Positions 1 to 7,726 of a stretch of DNA of 24,000 nt are shown here, piece after piece. The translations under genes were made by a program, and so were the position numbers. Every line of letters starts with the position of its first letter. Position 1 is the first letter of the stretch. Under the pieces are notes generated by a model that saw only the letters and a list, made by a program, of their open reading frames with translations, did not search any database and was not told the DNA's origin. This DNA comes from Methanobacteriota archaeon (GTDB lineage Archaea > Thermoplasmatota > Thermoplasmata > RBG-16-68-12 > JAFNFQ01), in NCBI GenBank assembly GCA_017885655.1, contig JAFNFQ010000029.1, forward strand, positions 2,061 through 26,060. Reading direction: 5' to 3'.

Positions 1-1
1 C

Positions 2-1183
2 AAGTCCCTTTACACGCCCGCGGACGAAACGGACATGGTGTTTCTCGGGTTCGGAGCCTTCCTCGATCCGCCGAGGGAATCGGCCAAAGAGGCGCTCAAA
101 CTCCTTGGACGTGCGGGGGTTGAGCTCAAGATACTCACCGGCGACAACGAGCTCGTGACGGCGATGGTGTGCCACAGCCTCGGCTTCAGGCCTAAGGGCG
201 TCGCGACGGGGCACGAGATAGCCGAGATGACTGACGAGAAGCTCGCCGAGGTCGTCGAGAAGAGCAACGTCTTCACTCGGCTGACGCCGGACATGAAGAA
301 CAGGATAATCGGCATACTGAAGAAGAACGGGCACGTCGTCGGATTCTTGGGGGACGGGATCAACGACGCTCCCTCGCTCAAGACGTCTGATGTCGGCATA
401 TCCGTCGACACCGCCGTCGACGTCGCGAAGGAATCCGCGGACATCATCCTCCTGAAGAAGGACCTCAGGGTGCTCGCGGAGGGCGTCTTCGAGGGGAGGA
501 AGACGTTCGGGAACACGATGAAGTACGTGATGATGGGCACGAGTTCGAACTTCGGCAACATGTTCAGCGCGGCTGGCGCGGCGGTGTTCCTCCCGTTCCT
601 CCCGATGCTGCCAATCCAGATCCTGCTGAACAACCTGCTCTACGACATTTCGGAACTGGGCATACCAACGGACAACGTGGACCAGGAATACGTCGAGAAG
701 CCCCGCAAATGGGACATCAAGTTCATACGGAAATTCATGCTCACGTTCGGTCCGATAAGCTCGGTGTTCGACTTCCTTACTTTCTTCACGATGATCGCGT
801 ACTTCACGCTGCAGGAACCCCGCATGTTGGATGCATCCCTGTTCCAGACGGCCTGGTTCGTCGAGTCGCTGTCGACGCAGACGCTCATCATATTCGTTAT
901 ACGAACTCGGAGGATCCCGTTTTACAAGAGCAGGCCGAGCAGAATACTCACTGTGACGAGCATCGGAGTCGTCGCTCTTGCCTGGATCATACCGTACACG
1001 CCCCTCGGCGAACTATTCGGGTTCAAGCCCCTGCCTTGGGCGTTCCTGCTGGTGCTGCTGGGCATGATCGTGGTGTACATGACGCTGGTGGAGGTCATCA
1101 AGAAAGGTTTCTACAACAGCACCACCGCCAAGCAGCCGCCAGAGAGAGGAATGAAACCGAGGTCGAATCCAGCGAAGGTCTAG
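2..1183 (+). CDS. mgtA: Mg2+-transporting P-type ATPase (MgtA-like), C-terminal ~393 aa; 5' end lies outside the window
   Basis: The frame is open from nt 2 (KSLYTPADETD precedes the listed Met at 35). It has the ILTGDN and GDGINDAPSL P-type ATPase motifs followed by C-terminal TM helices. The blocks LTPDMKNRIIGILKKNGHVVGFLGDGINDAPSLKTSDVGISVD, NFGNMFS, LPFLPMLPIQILLNNLLYD and QTLIIFVIRTRRIPF are collinear with enterobacterial MgtA as I recall it. Stop TAG at 1181-1183. Confidence 0.9.
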   Translation, partial: KSLYTPADETDMVFLGFGAFLDPPRESAKEALKLLGRAGVELKILTGDNELVTAMVCHSLGFRPKGVATGHEIAEMTDEKLAEVVEKSNVFTRLTPDMKNRIIGILKKNGHVVGFLGDGINDAPSLKTSDVGISVDTAVDVAKESADIILLKKDLRVLAEGVFEGRKTFGNTMKYVMMGTSSNFGNMFSAAGAAVFLPFLPMLPIQILLNNLLYDISELGIPTDNVDQEYVEKPRKWDIKFIRKFMLTFGPISSVFDFLTFFTMIAYFTLQEPRMLDASLFQTAWFVESLSTQTLIIFVIRTRRIPFYKSRPSRILTVTSIGVVALAWIIPYTPLGELFGFKPLPWAFLLVLLGMIVVYMTLVEVIKKGFYNSTTAKQPPERGMKPRSNPAKV

Positions 1184-1211
1184 AGCGGTCGCGCACCGTC
1201 ACCGGCTAGGG

Positions 1212-1220
1212 TTTTATATC
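1212..1220 (+). promoter_or_regulatory. TATA-like box (TTTTATATC) for the tRNA-Thr gene
   Basis: This is the only AT-rich octamer in the GC-rich spacer. It is centred ~28 nt upstream of tRNA position 1, the usual archaeal TATA-to-start distance. Confidence 0.4.
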
Positions 1221-1243
1221 GCCGGGTGCATGAACCAACCCGC

Positions 1244-1317
1244 GCCACCATAGCTCAGCTGGCCAGAGCAGCTGCCTTGTAAGCAGCGGGTCGGGAGTTC
1301 AAATCTCCCTGGTGGCT
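1244..1317 (+). tRNA. tRNA-Thr (anticodon UGU)
   Basis: Cloverleaf folded by hand. Acceptor GCCACCA/TGGTGGC (1244-1250 / 1310-1316). D arm GCTC-AGCTGGCCA-GAGC. Anticodon stem GCTGC/GCAGC with loop CTTGTAA (anticodon TGT at 1278-1280). Variable loop GGGTC. T arm GGGAG-TTCAAAT-CTCCC. Discriminator T at 1317. No encoded CCA and no intron. Confidence 0.9.
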
Positions 1318-1330
1318 CTTCGACTGTTGA

Positions 1331-1885
1331 CTCGGAGGGCAAAGGCAGAGAGGATGCATTGCCCCCGCGAAAAAGAAATCGAAACGAGCGATCCAACATC
1401 CCGACGATACTTCGATTTGTCCGCTCGCCTTCCCAGGGTCTGGAGGAGTCATCGTTCTCAAGGACCCCGTCGCTGACGTGGCTCCGGGCATTCTTCCAGC
1501 AGAGGGATATCTCAGCGCGCTCGATGCGCGGGGCTTGCTCAAGGACGCGAAGTTCATCAACGTCGGTTACGGCACGGACGAGAGCATGCCGGCGAACAGG
1601 AAGTCCTATCCTGGGCCTGACGCGAGGTGGTCCTCCGTCTCGGGGTTCAGGTCTTTGCATGACGCCTGGCTGTATATGTCCGGGAACCCGCACCTGGGTT
1701 ATGGCGGGACGTGCTACGGTGATTCAGGTGGACCGACACTGCACAAGGACGCGGCGGGAGTGGAGACGATAGTGGCGCTCACTGTCTGGGGAGACGCGCC
1801 GTGCAAGTCGACGAACAACAACTACAGGGTGGACACGGGGGAGTCGCTGGCTTTCGTCCTAGATATGATCGGGCGCAATGGTTAG
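1331..1885 (+). pseudogene. Trypsin-like (S1 family) serine protease, C-terminal fragment only
   Basis: The frame opens at 1331, 14 nt after the tRNA; the listed ORF starts at GTG 1478. It contains the catalytic-Ser motif GDSGGP and the preceding VGYG and CYGDSGGP blocks. The whole open frame has no TAAHC-type His region. The expected Asp position reads GGVIVLKDPV instead of (D)(I/V)A(V/L). About half a protease domain is left. Confidence 0.55.
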
Positions 1886-1910
1886 ATAACTTCACTCATT
1901 TTCCCGCCGC

Positions 1911-2636
1911 ATGGCAGTCGACATCAAAGCGGAGAGGGCGTGGATCGTCTCGCGCCTCAAAGCGCTCGGAAAGCCCGGCGGCAATCCCAAGTTGCAGGCC
2001 TACATCGGGTCGCCCTATCCCGTGCTCGGCCTCTCGACCCCGCAATTCAGAGACCTGCACAAGGAATTCAGGAGCAGGCAGTCGGGACTCAAAGCCTCTG
2101 AAGTGAATGCACTGGCGAAGGCGCTGTGGTCCGGCGGCACATGGGAGGAAAAGGCGTTCGCAATTGGCATCCTCAGCAGGAACGAGGGGGTGCTTGACGA
2201 GTCCTCTTGGAAACTGATGGACCAGATGGTGGATCAGGCGATCGGCTGGGCGCTCAGCGACGGCCTAGCCTCCGGTCCAGTAGGCGCATACGTGCACTCG
2301 CATCCCGCCAAGTTCAAGGATTTGATCAAGTGGACGAGAGCCGAGCACTTCTGGCGGCGGCGGGCATCCACTTACGCACTCAGCGAGTTCGTGAGCGCGC
2401 GTGAACTGGACAAACCATTCAGGCTGCTGGAGAAGCTCCTCTACGACAGTGAGTTCTGGGTCCAGAGGGCGGTGGGGACGTGGCTGAGGGAGTGCTGGAA
2501 GAAGGATCAGAAGAGGACAGAGGCATTCCTGAGGAAGCACGTCAAGGGACTGCCGCCGGTCACGATCACGGTTGCGACCGAGCGAGCGTCCAAGAGCTTC
2601 AGGGAGGAATTGAGAAGGAACAGCAAGCGAGGTTAG
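1911..2636 (+). CDS. DNA alkylation repair protein (AlkD/AlkC-like HEAT-repeat family)
   Basis: 241 aa, ATG start. The family-typical pattern is present: AYIGSPYPVLGLSTPQFRDL, WEEKAFAIGIL, W..MD.MVDQAIGWALSD, HFWRRRASTYAL, EFWVQRAVGTWLRE. It is an all-helical repeat protein of the expected size. Confidence 0.7.
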   Translation: MAVDIKAERAWIVSRLKALGKPGGNPKLQAYIGSPYPVLGLSTPQFRDLHKEFRSRQSGLKASEVNALAKALWSGGTWEEKAFAIGILSRNEGVLDESSWKLMDQMVDQAIGWALSDGLASGPVGAYVHSHPAKFKDLIKWTRAEHFWRRRASTYALSEFVSARELDKPFRLLEKLLYDSEFWVQRAVGTWLRECWKKDQKRTEAFLRKHVKGLPPVTITVATERASKSFREELRRNSKRG

Positions 2637-2730
2637 AGTCACATCCACGGATTCGCTTCGACATTATGATGTGGGTTCTCGCGATGGTTTTTCGTGTCAT
2701 TTCCCATCCCGGTCGCACGACATCAGACCG

Positions 2731-3189
2731 TCATGACTTGGCTTCCGACGTCGCTGAAATCAGCGTTGCGTGATCAACGCACTCGAAGCCTTCCTTCTGG
2801 AGTATATCGACGCCGTGTTCTGGCGGCACTCCTCCGATAGCAATCAGCACCACGACCTTCCCGCGAACTGGCTTCGCGGCGGTGTAGGAGTATTGGATAT
2901 TTGCGCCGTGCGCGGCAAGCGCGGCCGAGACTTTCCAGAACTCGCCCGGCTGATCGGCGACCAGGACCGCGACGAGCTTCGACTCCGTCACGGCGAGGTT
3001 GTGCTTGACCAGAGCTTCCCTCGCGACCTTGGGCTTGTCGAGGACGATTCGCACCGTGGATCCACCGACGTCCTCGCGCACCATGATTGCGTGCATGTTC
3101 ACGCCGGCCTCGGCGATTGCGCGGGAAAGCTTCTCGAGCTCGCCAGGGCGGTTTGGCAGGAGGACCTGTGTCTGGATGACGAATGACAT
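2731..3189 (-). CDS. Tandem ACT-domain (small-molecule-binding) protein
   Basis: Two ACT-like units are present: FVIQTQVLLPNRPGELEKLSRAIAEAGVNMHAI and KLVAVLVADQPGEFWKVSAALAAHGANIQYSY. I prefer the internal ATG at 3189 (MSFVIQ..., 152 aa). A TATA-like CTTTATC (complement of 3216-3222) lies ~30 nt upstream of it, and the longer N-terminal extension is not ACT-like. Confidence 0.7.
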   Translation of the reverse strand: MSFVIQTQVLLPNRPGELEKLSRAIAEAGVNMHAIMVREDVGGSTVRIVLDKPKVAREALVKHNLAVTESKLVAVLVADQPGEFWKVSAALAAHGANIQYSYTAAKPVRGKVVVLIAIGGVPPEHGVDILQKEGFECVDHATLISATSEAKS

Positions 3190-3338
3190 GCGAGGACGAA
3201 GAGGCGCCTCTACCCGATAAAGTCTTTCTGCATGGCGAGGTTCTGGCCCGGGTATCCATATCAACTCGATGGTCGGTTCACCCGCTATCCCTCTCCTTCA
3301 TGATGGGGTGTGCTGGCAGACATCAGATGCGTCCGCAA

Positions 3339-3429
3339 CCGCAATCTACTTCAGTAGTTTCACGTCATGTCACGCAAGCATCCTTCCACAACGAGACCAT
3401 CCTTTCTAATTGTGGACGGTCTCATTTTT
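3339..3429 (+). repeat. Copy A of a ~92-nt intergenic element (possible small RNA or terminator module)
   Basis: It shares three parts with copy B (8881-8973). The first is an identical 16-mer, CCGCAATCTACTTCAG. The second is the core AAGCATCC(T/C)TCCACAAC (3376-3392). The third is a hairpin, GACCATCC (3395-3402) paired with GGACGGTC (3414-3421) around an 11-nt loop, followed by TTTTT (3425-3429). No frame is conserved between the two copies. Confidence 0.6.
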
Positions 3430-3533
3430 CCAGATGTCCCTTCGAACAGAGTCAAGCACGGTTGAGGACGAGTGACATTGGTGGGAATGGACTCCACTAA
3501 GCACAGCTTCTTGGAAAGCGCCATGGCGCGACA

Positions 3534-4127
3534 TCAGACGGTCCGCCCTCGCGTAGGCGAGCGGGAGGGGATCAGTGGAGACTCAAGCGGCGACGAGGTC
3601 CTTCCCTGCTCCTCATCCGTCACCATCTCCCTCGCCAAGTAACTGATGGCCTCCTTCACGTTCTCGCCGGTCTTGGCGCTGGTCTTGAGAAAGCGAAGGG
3701 CATGCGAGTTGCAGAATCTCTGGACGTCTTCGTCGAGCGACCGGTCTGCCATTTCGAAGTCTACTTTATTGGCCATGACGACGGTCGGGATCTTGCCCAC
3801 GGACGACTGCACGCTGCGTATCCAATCATCCAGCGAGTCGAGCGTCTTAGGCCTGGTCAGGTCGAACACCGCGACGATCCCCCTGACGTGGTTGAAGTAG
3901 GCTGCCTTGAACAGCTCCATGAAGTCCTTGCGGCCCATGATGTCCCAGATCATCAGGGTGATCCTGCACCCCATCTCCGGGAGATCGACTTCCCTCTTGG
4001 AAACCATGGTGCCAACGGTTCTGATGTAGGCCTCGTCAAATGTGTTGCACGCGAACCGGCGGATGAGACACGACTTCCCGACTCCCTCGTCCCCGACCAG
4101 GCACACCTTTCGCTTCATCTCGAGCAT
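3534..4127 (-). CDS. Rab/Ras-superfamily small GTPase (197 aa)
   Basis: G1 is GDEGVGKS. The switch I region is YIRTVG. G3 is WDIMGRK (DxxG retained). G4 is NKVD and G5 is SAKTG. The protein is collinear with eukaryotic Rab1/Ypt1-type sequences, e.g. KVCLVGDEGVGKSCLIRRF against KLLLIGDSGVGKSCLLLRF. Start taken at ATG 4127 (MLEMKRKV) or ATG 4118. The 65-aa Arg-rich extension of the listed ORF overlaps the upstream gene and is rejected. Confidence 0.85.
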   Translation of the reverse strand: MLEMKRKVCLVGDEGVGKSCLIRRFACNTFDEAYIRTVGTMVSKREVDLPEMGCRITLMIWDIMGRKDFMELFKAAYFNHVRGIVAVFDLTRPKTLDSLDDWIRSVQSSVGKIPTVVMANKVDFEMADRSLDEDVQRFCNSHALRFLKTSAKTGENVKEAISYLAREMVTDEEQGRTSSPLESPLIPSRSPTRGRTV

Positions 4128-4149
4128 TTCAGACTCAACCGGCGTAGTC

Positions 4150-4509
4150 TCACGTCCCGCCGTAGTGCCAGAACGTCTCGACCTCGATGCCCCGTTCGGC
4201 TGTGATGCGCTTGGCTGTCTCCAGGCACGATTGGGGAATCGTGACATGCAGCGTCGCCCACTCCGCGAAGTCCTCCAGCTGTTCCCTCGTCTCCGGCTGC
4301 TCGATCGTCTCGCAGGTCTCAACCTCGTTGTAGACCACCTTCCCGCGGTACTCGACCATGATGTCGGGGACGTGCCTGCCCACCACGGGCGGCGTCGGCC
4401 AGCCGTCCAGGTCCGCGGCCACGACCCTCGACCCCTCTTTCTGGTACGTCTGGATCTGCAGCAGGAGCATCCGGTCGTGGAGCTCCTTGTCCGAATCGCT
4501 GACTCTCAT
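4150..4509 (-). CDS. Hypothetical 119-aa protein, paralog of 4727-5089; possible Hjc/restriction-endonuclease-like fold
   Basis: Start at the internal ATG 4509 (MRVSDSDKE...), because the TATA box and palindrome lie at 4542-4569. It stops 20 nt before the GTPase start on the same strand. The segment VPDIMVEYRGKVVYNEVET resembles the PD...(D/E)xK core of Hjc-type nucleases. The fold assignment is tentative. Confidence 0.55.
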   Translation of the reverse strand: MRVSDSDKELHDRMLLLQIQTYQKEGSRVVAADLDGWPTPPVVGRHVPDIMVEYRGKVVYNEVETCETIEQPETREQLEDFAEWATLHVTIPQSCLETAKRITAERGIEVETFWHYGGT

Positions 4510-4541
4510 GGATTTTCTCGGTGGAAACAGTCTCCGGGGGG

Positions 4542-4569
4542 TCTTTAAGCGCGATGTGGACATGTCCAC
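4542..4569 (-). promoter_or_regulatory. TATA-like box plus perfect 14-bp palindrome GTGGACATGTCCAC (operator candidate)
   Basis: On the gene strand the order is GTGGACATGTCCAC (4556-4569), then ATCGC, then GCTTAAAGA, then about 30 nt, then ATG 4509. The same palindrome-then-TATA layout occurs at 5114-5139 and 8113-8138. Confidence 0.6.
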
Positions 4570-4689
4570 CCCGAGCCAAAGTCAGCACCATAAGGACGGA
4601 TTCTCTCATCTCCCGGGCAAGCGCTGGGAAGGCTGTCCAGAGAGAGGAGGACCGGGCGCGTTAGGAACCTAGGCTCCCTACACGCCCGG

Positions 4690-4730
4690 AAGCATCCCCC
4701 ACAATAGGCCGCGCATCAGTCCTAATTCAC
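4690..4730 (+). repeat. Partial, degenerate third copy (C) of the 92-nt element core
   Basis: AAGCATCCCCCACAATAGGCCGCG...TCCTAATTCACC can be compared with copy B (AAGCATCCCTCCACAACAAGGCCGTCC) and copy A (...CTTTCTAATTGTGG). The 5' 16-mer, the hairpin and the T-tract are absent. Confidence 0.3.
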
Positions 4731-5089
4731 CATCCCGTCACAGCTATGCCGTCCAGTCCCCAACGCTCCAGGTTGGACAGCAACCGCCAGCGCAGGGGCC
4801 AGGGCACGTACACCCTTGTCTCGCCACGTTCGTGCGAGTCCCGAAGCTTCTCTCTCGTTTCCTCAAGGTCGACCTCTTTCTCCAAGAGGATCAGGACCCG
4901 AACCGTTCGAGAACCCTTTGCCGCCCTGATGATCGGGGAGCCTGCTCCCTCCTTTGCCCGGATGGCGGTAGCCCGGAACTCGATGAATCCTTCCTTCTCC
5001 AATAGAGCCTGGCAGCGGCTGACCGCTTTCATTCTGTCTGCATCCGACACGACTCCCTTTCTGGGCATGATCATCTGCATCGCTTGCAT
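4727..5089 (-). CDS. Hypothetical 120-aa protein, paralog of 4150-4509
   Basis: It shares an ordered set of blocks with the 4150-4509 product. These are VSD(A/S)D near the N-terminus, (E/Q)KEG, P(I/D)I, E.E, ETRE(K/Q)L(R/E)D, V(Y/T)(V/I)P and ER(W)G(L/I). The segment LLEKEGFIEFRA...SPIIRAAKGSRTVRVLILLEKE resembles the Hjc N-terminal half (LLEK.GF.V.R...D...G....IE.K) but lacks the Asp. Start ATG 5089 is chosen because it lies ~27 nt from the TATA centre (leaderless) and gives a 120-aa product, against 119 aa for the paralog. ATGs at 5098, 5080, 5074 and 5068 remain possible. Confidence 0.55.
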   Translation of the reverse strand: MQAMQMIMPRKGVVSDADRMKAVSRCQALLEKEGFIEFRATAIRAKEGAGSPIIRAAKGSRTVRVLILLEKEVDLEETREKLRDSHERGETRVYVPWPLRWRLLSNLERWGLDGIAVTGW

Positions 5090-5113
5090 GGTTCTCATGT
5101 TCGATTCGAGACC

Positions 5114-5139
5114 TTTAATACCGCAGTGGAACTGTCCAC
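5114..5139. promoter_or_regulatory. Shared divergent promoter: TTTAATA box plus near-palindrome GTGGAACTGTCCAC
   Basis: TTTAATA lies at 5114-5120 and GTGGAACTGTCCAC at 5126-5139, a 12/14 match to GTGGACATGTCCAC with the outer arms intact. For the + gene (ATG 5144) the palindrome sits between the TATA box and the start codon. For the - gene (ATG 5089) it sits just upstream of the TATA box, as in the other two promoters. Confidence 0.55.
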
Positions 5140-5143
5140 CGCG

Positions 5144-7726
5144 ATGGCTCTGGAGGTGACCGTGGCGGAGCGGTGCCTGCTCTACTTGCTCGACAGGGTG
5201 GGAATTGCCAAGAGCGATCCGGCGTCCGAACAGCTCGTACAAGACCGCATCGCGGAGGTCATTGGTGCCCGTCGCCCGCACGTGTCGAGGGCTCTCAACC
5301 AGCTGGCGAGAGCAGGGCATGTTGACATCGAGAAGGTCCACGTACGAGGGAAGAACAGGAGGGTGCTGGGGTACTTCCTCACTCCGAATGGGGTGCGCAA
5401 GGCAGGAGGGATCAAGAGACTGGTCGAAGAGAAGAAGGTGACCGTAGTCGACCTCGAGGGCAATGAGAAGAGGCTCAGGCTCTTCGAGGCTAGGTCGCTT
5501 CTGGCGCGGAAGCCAAGGCTACTTCAGCTCGCCATGGGCGTGCAGGACGGTCGAATCGACCTGCGCCGCTTCCTGAACCTGGATAAGCGCATGCAAGGCG
5601 GGATGATGTACGACGTTGAAGAGGTGATCTCGGTCCCCCACTTCTCTGGGCGGGAAGATACCCTCGCCCGCCTCGACGGTTTCATGAAGGAGCCGAGTAG
5701 ACGGGGATTCCTGCTCGTGGGCCTGCCGGGCGTCGGCAAGACCGCTCTGGCGTCAAAGTGGGTGGCGGGAGTCAAGGGCCAAATGCATGTTCTGTGGCGT
5801 CGCGTGCAGCCCGGGAGGACGGCCAGCGACACCCTGCGCGACCTGGCAAGAGTCCTCAATGCCGCCGGCAGGCCTGCCCTCATGGAGTCTCTGCAGCAGC
5901 CTGCACAAGATTGGAGGGCGAGGTCGGTCGAGCTCCTCAAGCGGGACCTCCGTGGGATAGTCGTCCTTCTGGTTCTCGACAATGCTCACCTGGCTTCCGA
6001 GGACTTGGGGACACTTGTGTCCGAGATACTCGCAATCGAACCTGCCAACGCAAGTATCAAGGTAATCCTTCTCGGGCGAGAGCGTTGCCAGTTCATCAGG
6101 GCGGAGGACATCGCGAGGGGGAGAGTCCTCCAAGAGGAATTGCCGGATCTCTCCCAGTCTGAAGCTGAACGCATGATGGCGGCGCTGGAAGTGGACAGGG
6201 CGCGTCGAGGTCGCATTTGGGAAGTGTGCGGCGGGCACCCGCTTTCGATCGAACTAGCTGCAGAAGGTGGTGTGTCGGTCGACGCAGTCAAGGAAACATC
6301 CGCATCAAGACTGGCGCAAGAAGTGTTGTCAAGGCTAGATCCCAGGCTGCGCGAGGCCCTGGTCTTCGCCTCTGTCTTCGAGGGTTCAATTCCATTGAGC
6401 CTGCTCGGCGGTCACGGTCGCGAACTGGTCAGGTTGTGCCTCCTTCGGGACGCCGGGAACGGCCGGGCGAGCATGCACGACCTGGTAAGAGCAGCTACGG
6501 TCCGGGGTGCGTCGTCGCAAGAACTCGGAGCCTTCCACAGGCGTGCCGGTGAGTTCCTGGCGAGCAGCAAGGAACCCGGAGAAGCACTGGAAGCCGCTAG
6601 GCATTTCGTGGAATCGGAGGCGTATCCGGAAGCCGAGATCCTTGTCTCCACGAGGGGGCAGGAATTCATCGATGCGGGACTCGCCGAGATGCTGCTCTCG
6701 ACGCTTGAGAAATTGGCATGGACATCGAAGACCACCAAGAGGGAGCCCCCGCTGTCGTTGCTCCGGGCGCAAGCCTTGTTCGCGCTCGGCCGGTGGGCGG
6801 CTGCGTCCAAGGCGTACGAGCTCTGTTCGGGATTCAGGGATGGGCGGATCGCGGCGGAGGCGCTGCTGGGACAGGGCAAGGCGGAGGTTCAGAGACACTC
6901 GCCTCTGGCAGGCAATCACTTGAAGAGGGCGAAACAGAGGTTGGAGCGACTCGGTGCCCTCAGACTGCTTGTGGAGGCAGAGTACTGGGTTGGCGGACAA
7001 CTCGAGGAGACAGGAAGGATCGATGGCGCGCGCGAGGCCTACGAACGGGGCAGAGCGGTTGCCATACAGGTTGGCGATAGACGGTGGGAAGGCCTTTGCA
7101 CCTACGGAATCGGCGGCATCCTCTCGCTCAAGAAGGACTATGCTGGCGCGGCCGAAGAGGACGAGGAGGCGCTGCGACTGCTCGAACGTGACGGTCAGCG
7201 ATTGGAAATCGCCAAGGTGTGCAGTGGATTGGGCGGGGAGTTGATGGAGCTCGGGCGGTATGAGGAATCCGAGAAGTATCTCATGCGCGCAATCGCAGAA
7301 TCACGGGCGACCGGGGCAGTTGGTGTGCTCGCATCCGCGCTGTTCAACTTGGCGGGTCTCCGGAACGAACTGGGCCGAGGTGACGAGGCGATTCCCCTGT
7401 TCACGGAGGCTCTTTCCGAGTTTGACGCGCAGGATAAGTCTTATGAGGCCGCCCTGTGCGCTGCGTGGCTCGCTTCCTATTCATGGATGGCGGGACACGA
7501 GGAGATCGGAAATGAATACGCACGGCGGGCTCGACGGTTGCTTTCCAGGACATTGGAGCCTGCACTCCGGGTCAGGGCGTTGCGCACCTTCGCTCGCGCC
7601 GCGCTGAAGGCGGGCAATAAGGTCACCGCTCGAAAGCATCTTCGTGAAGCCCTCGCCGCCGCCAGAAAGGCCCATCTGGGAAGGGGCGGGTCCGATCTGA
7701 CGGCGGAACTGGACAAGTTGGGCTAG
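5144..7726 (+). CDS. STAND-class NTPase with N-terminal winged-helix DNA-binding domain and C-terminal TPR array (860 aa)
   Basis: The N-terminal wHTH is LLYLLDRVG...DRIAEVIGARRPHVSRALNQLARAGHVDIEKVHVRGKNRRVLGYFLTPNG (MarR/ArsR-like). Walker A is GLPGVGKT. Walker B is VVLLVLDNAH. The NB-ARC-type GxP motif is CGGHPLSIELAA. The C-terminal ~400 aa are Ala/Leu/Glu/Arg-rich helical repeats of TPR type. Start ATG 5144 is preferred over the listed TTG 5084, because the TATA box at 5114-5120 lies inside that extension. Confidence 0.85.
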   Translation: MALEVTVAERCLLYLLDRVGIAKSDPASEQLVQDRIAEVIGARRPHVSRALNQLARAGHVDIEKVHVRGKNRRVLGYFLTPNGVRKAGGIKRLVEEKKVTVVDLEGNEKRLRLFEARSLLARKPRLLQLAMGVQDGRIDLRRFLNLDKRMQGGMMYDVEEVISVPHFSGREDTLARLDGFMKEPSRRGFLLVGLPGVGKTALASKWVAGVKGQMHVLWRRVQPGRTASDTLRDLARVLNAAGRPALMESLQQPAQDWRARSVELLKRDLRGIVVLLVLDNAHLASEDLGTLVSEILAIEPANASIKVILLGRERCQFIRAEDIARGRVLQEELPDLSQSEAERMMAALEVDRARRGRIWEVCGGHPLSIELAAEGGVSVDAVKETSASRLAQEVLSRLDPRLREALVFASVFEGSIPLSLLGGHGRELVRLCLLRDAGNGRASMHDLVRAATVRGASSQELGAFHRRAGEFLASSKEPGEALEAARHFVESEAYPEAEILVSTRGQEFIDAGLAEMLLSTLEKLAWTSKTTKREPPLSLLRAQALFALGRWAAASKAYELCSGFRDGRIAAEALLGQGKAEVQRHSPLAGNHLKRAKQRLERLGALRLLVEAEYWVGGQLEETGRIDGAREAYERGRAVAIQVGDRRWEGLCTYGIGGILSLKKDYAGAAEEDEEALRLLERDGQRLEIAKVCSGLGGELMELGRYEESEKYLMRAIAESRATGAVGVLASALFNLAGLRNELGRGDEAIPLFTEALSEFDAQDKSYEAALCAAWLASYSWMAGHEEIGNEYARRARRLLSRTLEPALRVRALRTFARAALKAGNKVTARKHLREALAAARKAHLGRGGSDLTAELDKLG

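Noticed and set aside
10-633. 207-aa ORF on the minus strand
   Set aside because: It is entirely antisense to the strongly supported MgtA coding frame. It is low-complexity and Ser/Pro/Thr-rich with no motifs, a typical shadow ORF in GC-rich DNA.
1290-1317. Integrated element delimited by a duplicated tRNA-Thr 3' half (att sites)
   Set aside because: I found no second copy of the TTCAAATCTCCCTGGTGGC segment anywhere in the window, and no integrase gene. The 92-nt repeats A and B are unrelated to the tRNA.
2774-3259. 161-aa alternative-frame ORF on the minus strand, and the 3264 start of the ACT ORF
   Set aside because: The alternative frame is Arg-rich junk overlapping the ACT-domain frame. 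The 25-aa extension to 3264 precedes the likely TATA box and adds no domain sequence.
3534-5341. Long N-terminal extensions of the listed ORFs (4322 for the GTPase, 4569 for the 119-aa protein, 5341 for the 120-aa protein, TTG 5084 for the STAND protein)
   Set aside because: The extensions are Arg/Ser-rich or overlap the neighbouring gene or the mapped TATA/operator elements. Internal ATGs give products that begin at the conserved domain boundaries and sit at proper distances from the TATA boxes.
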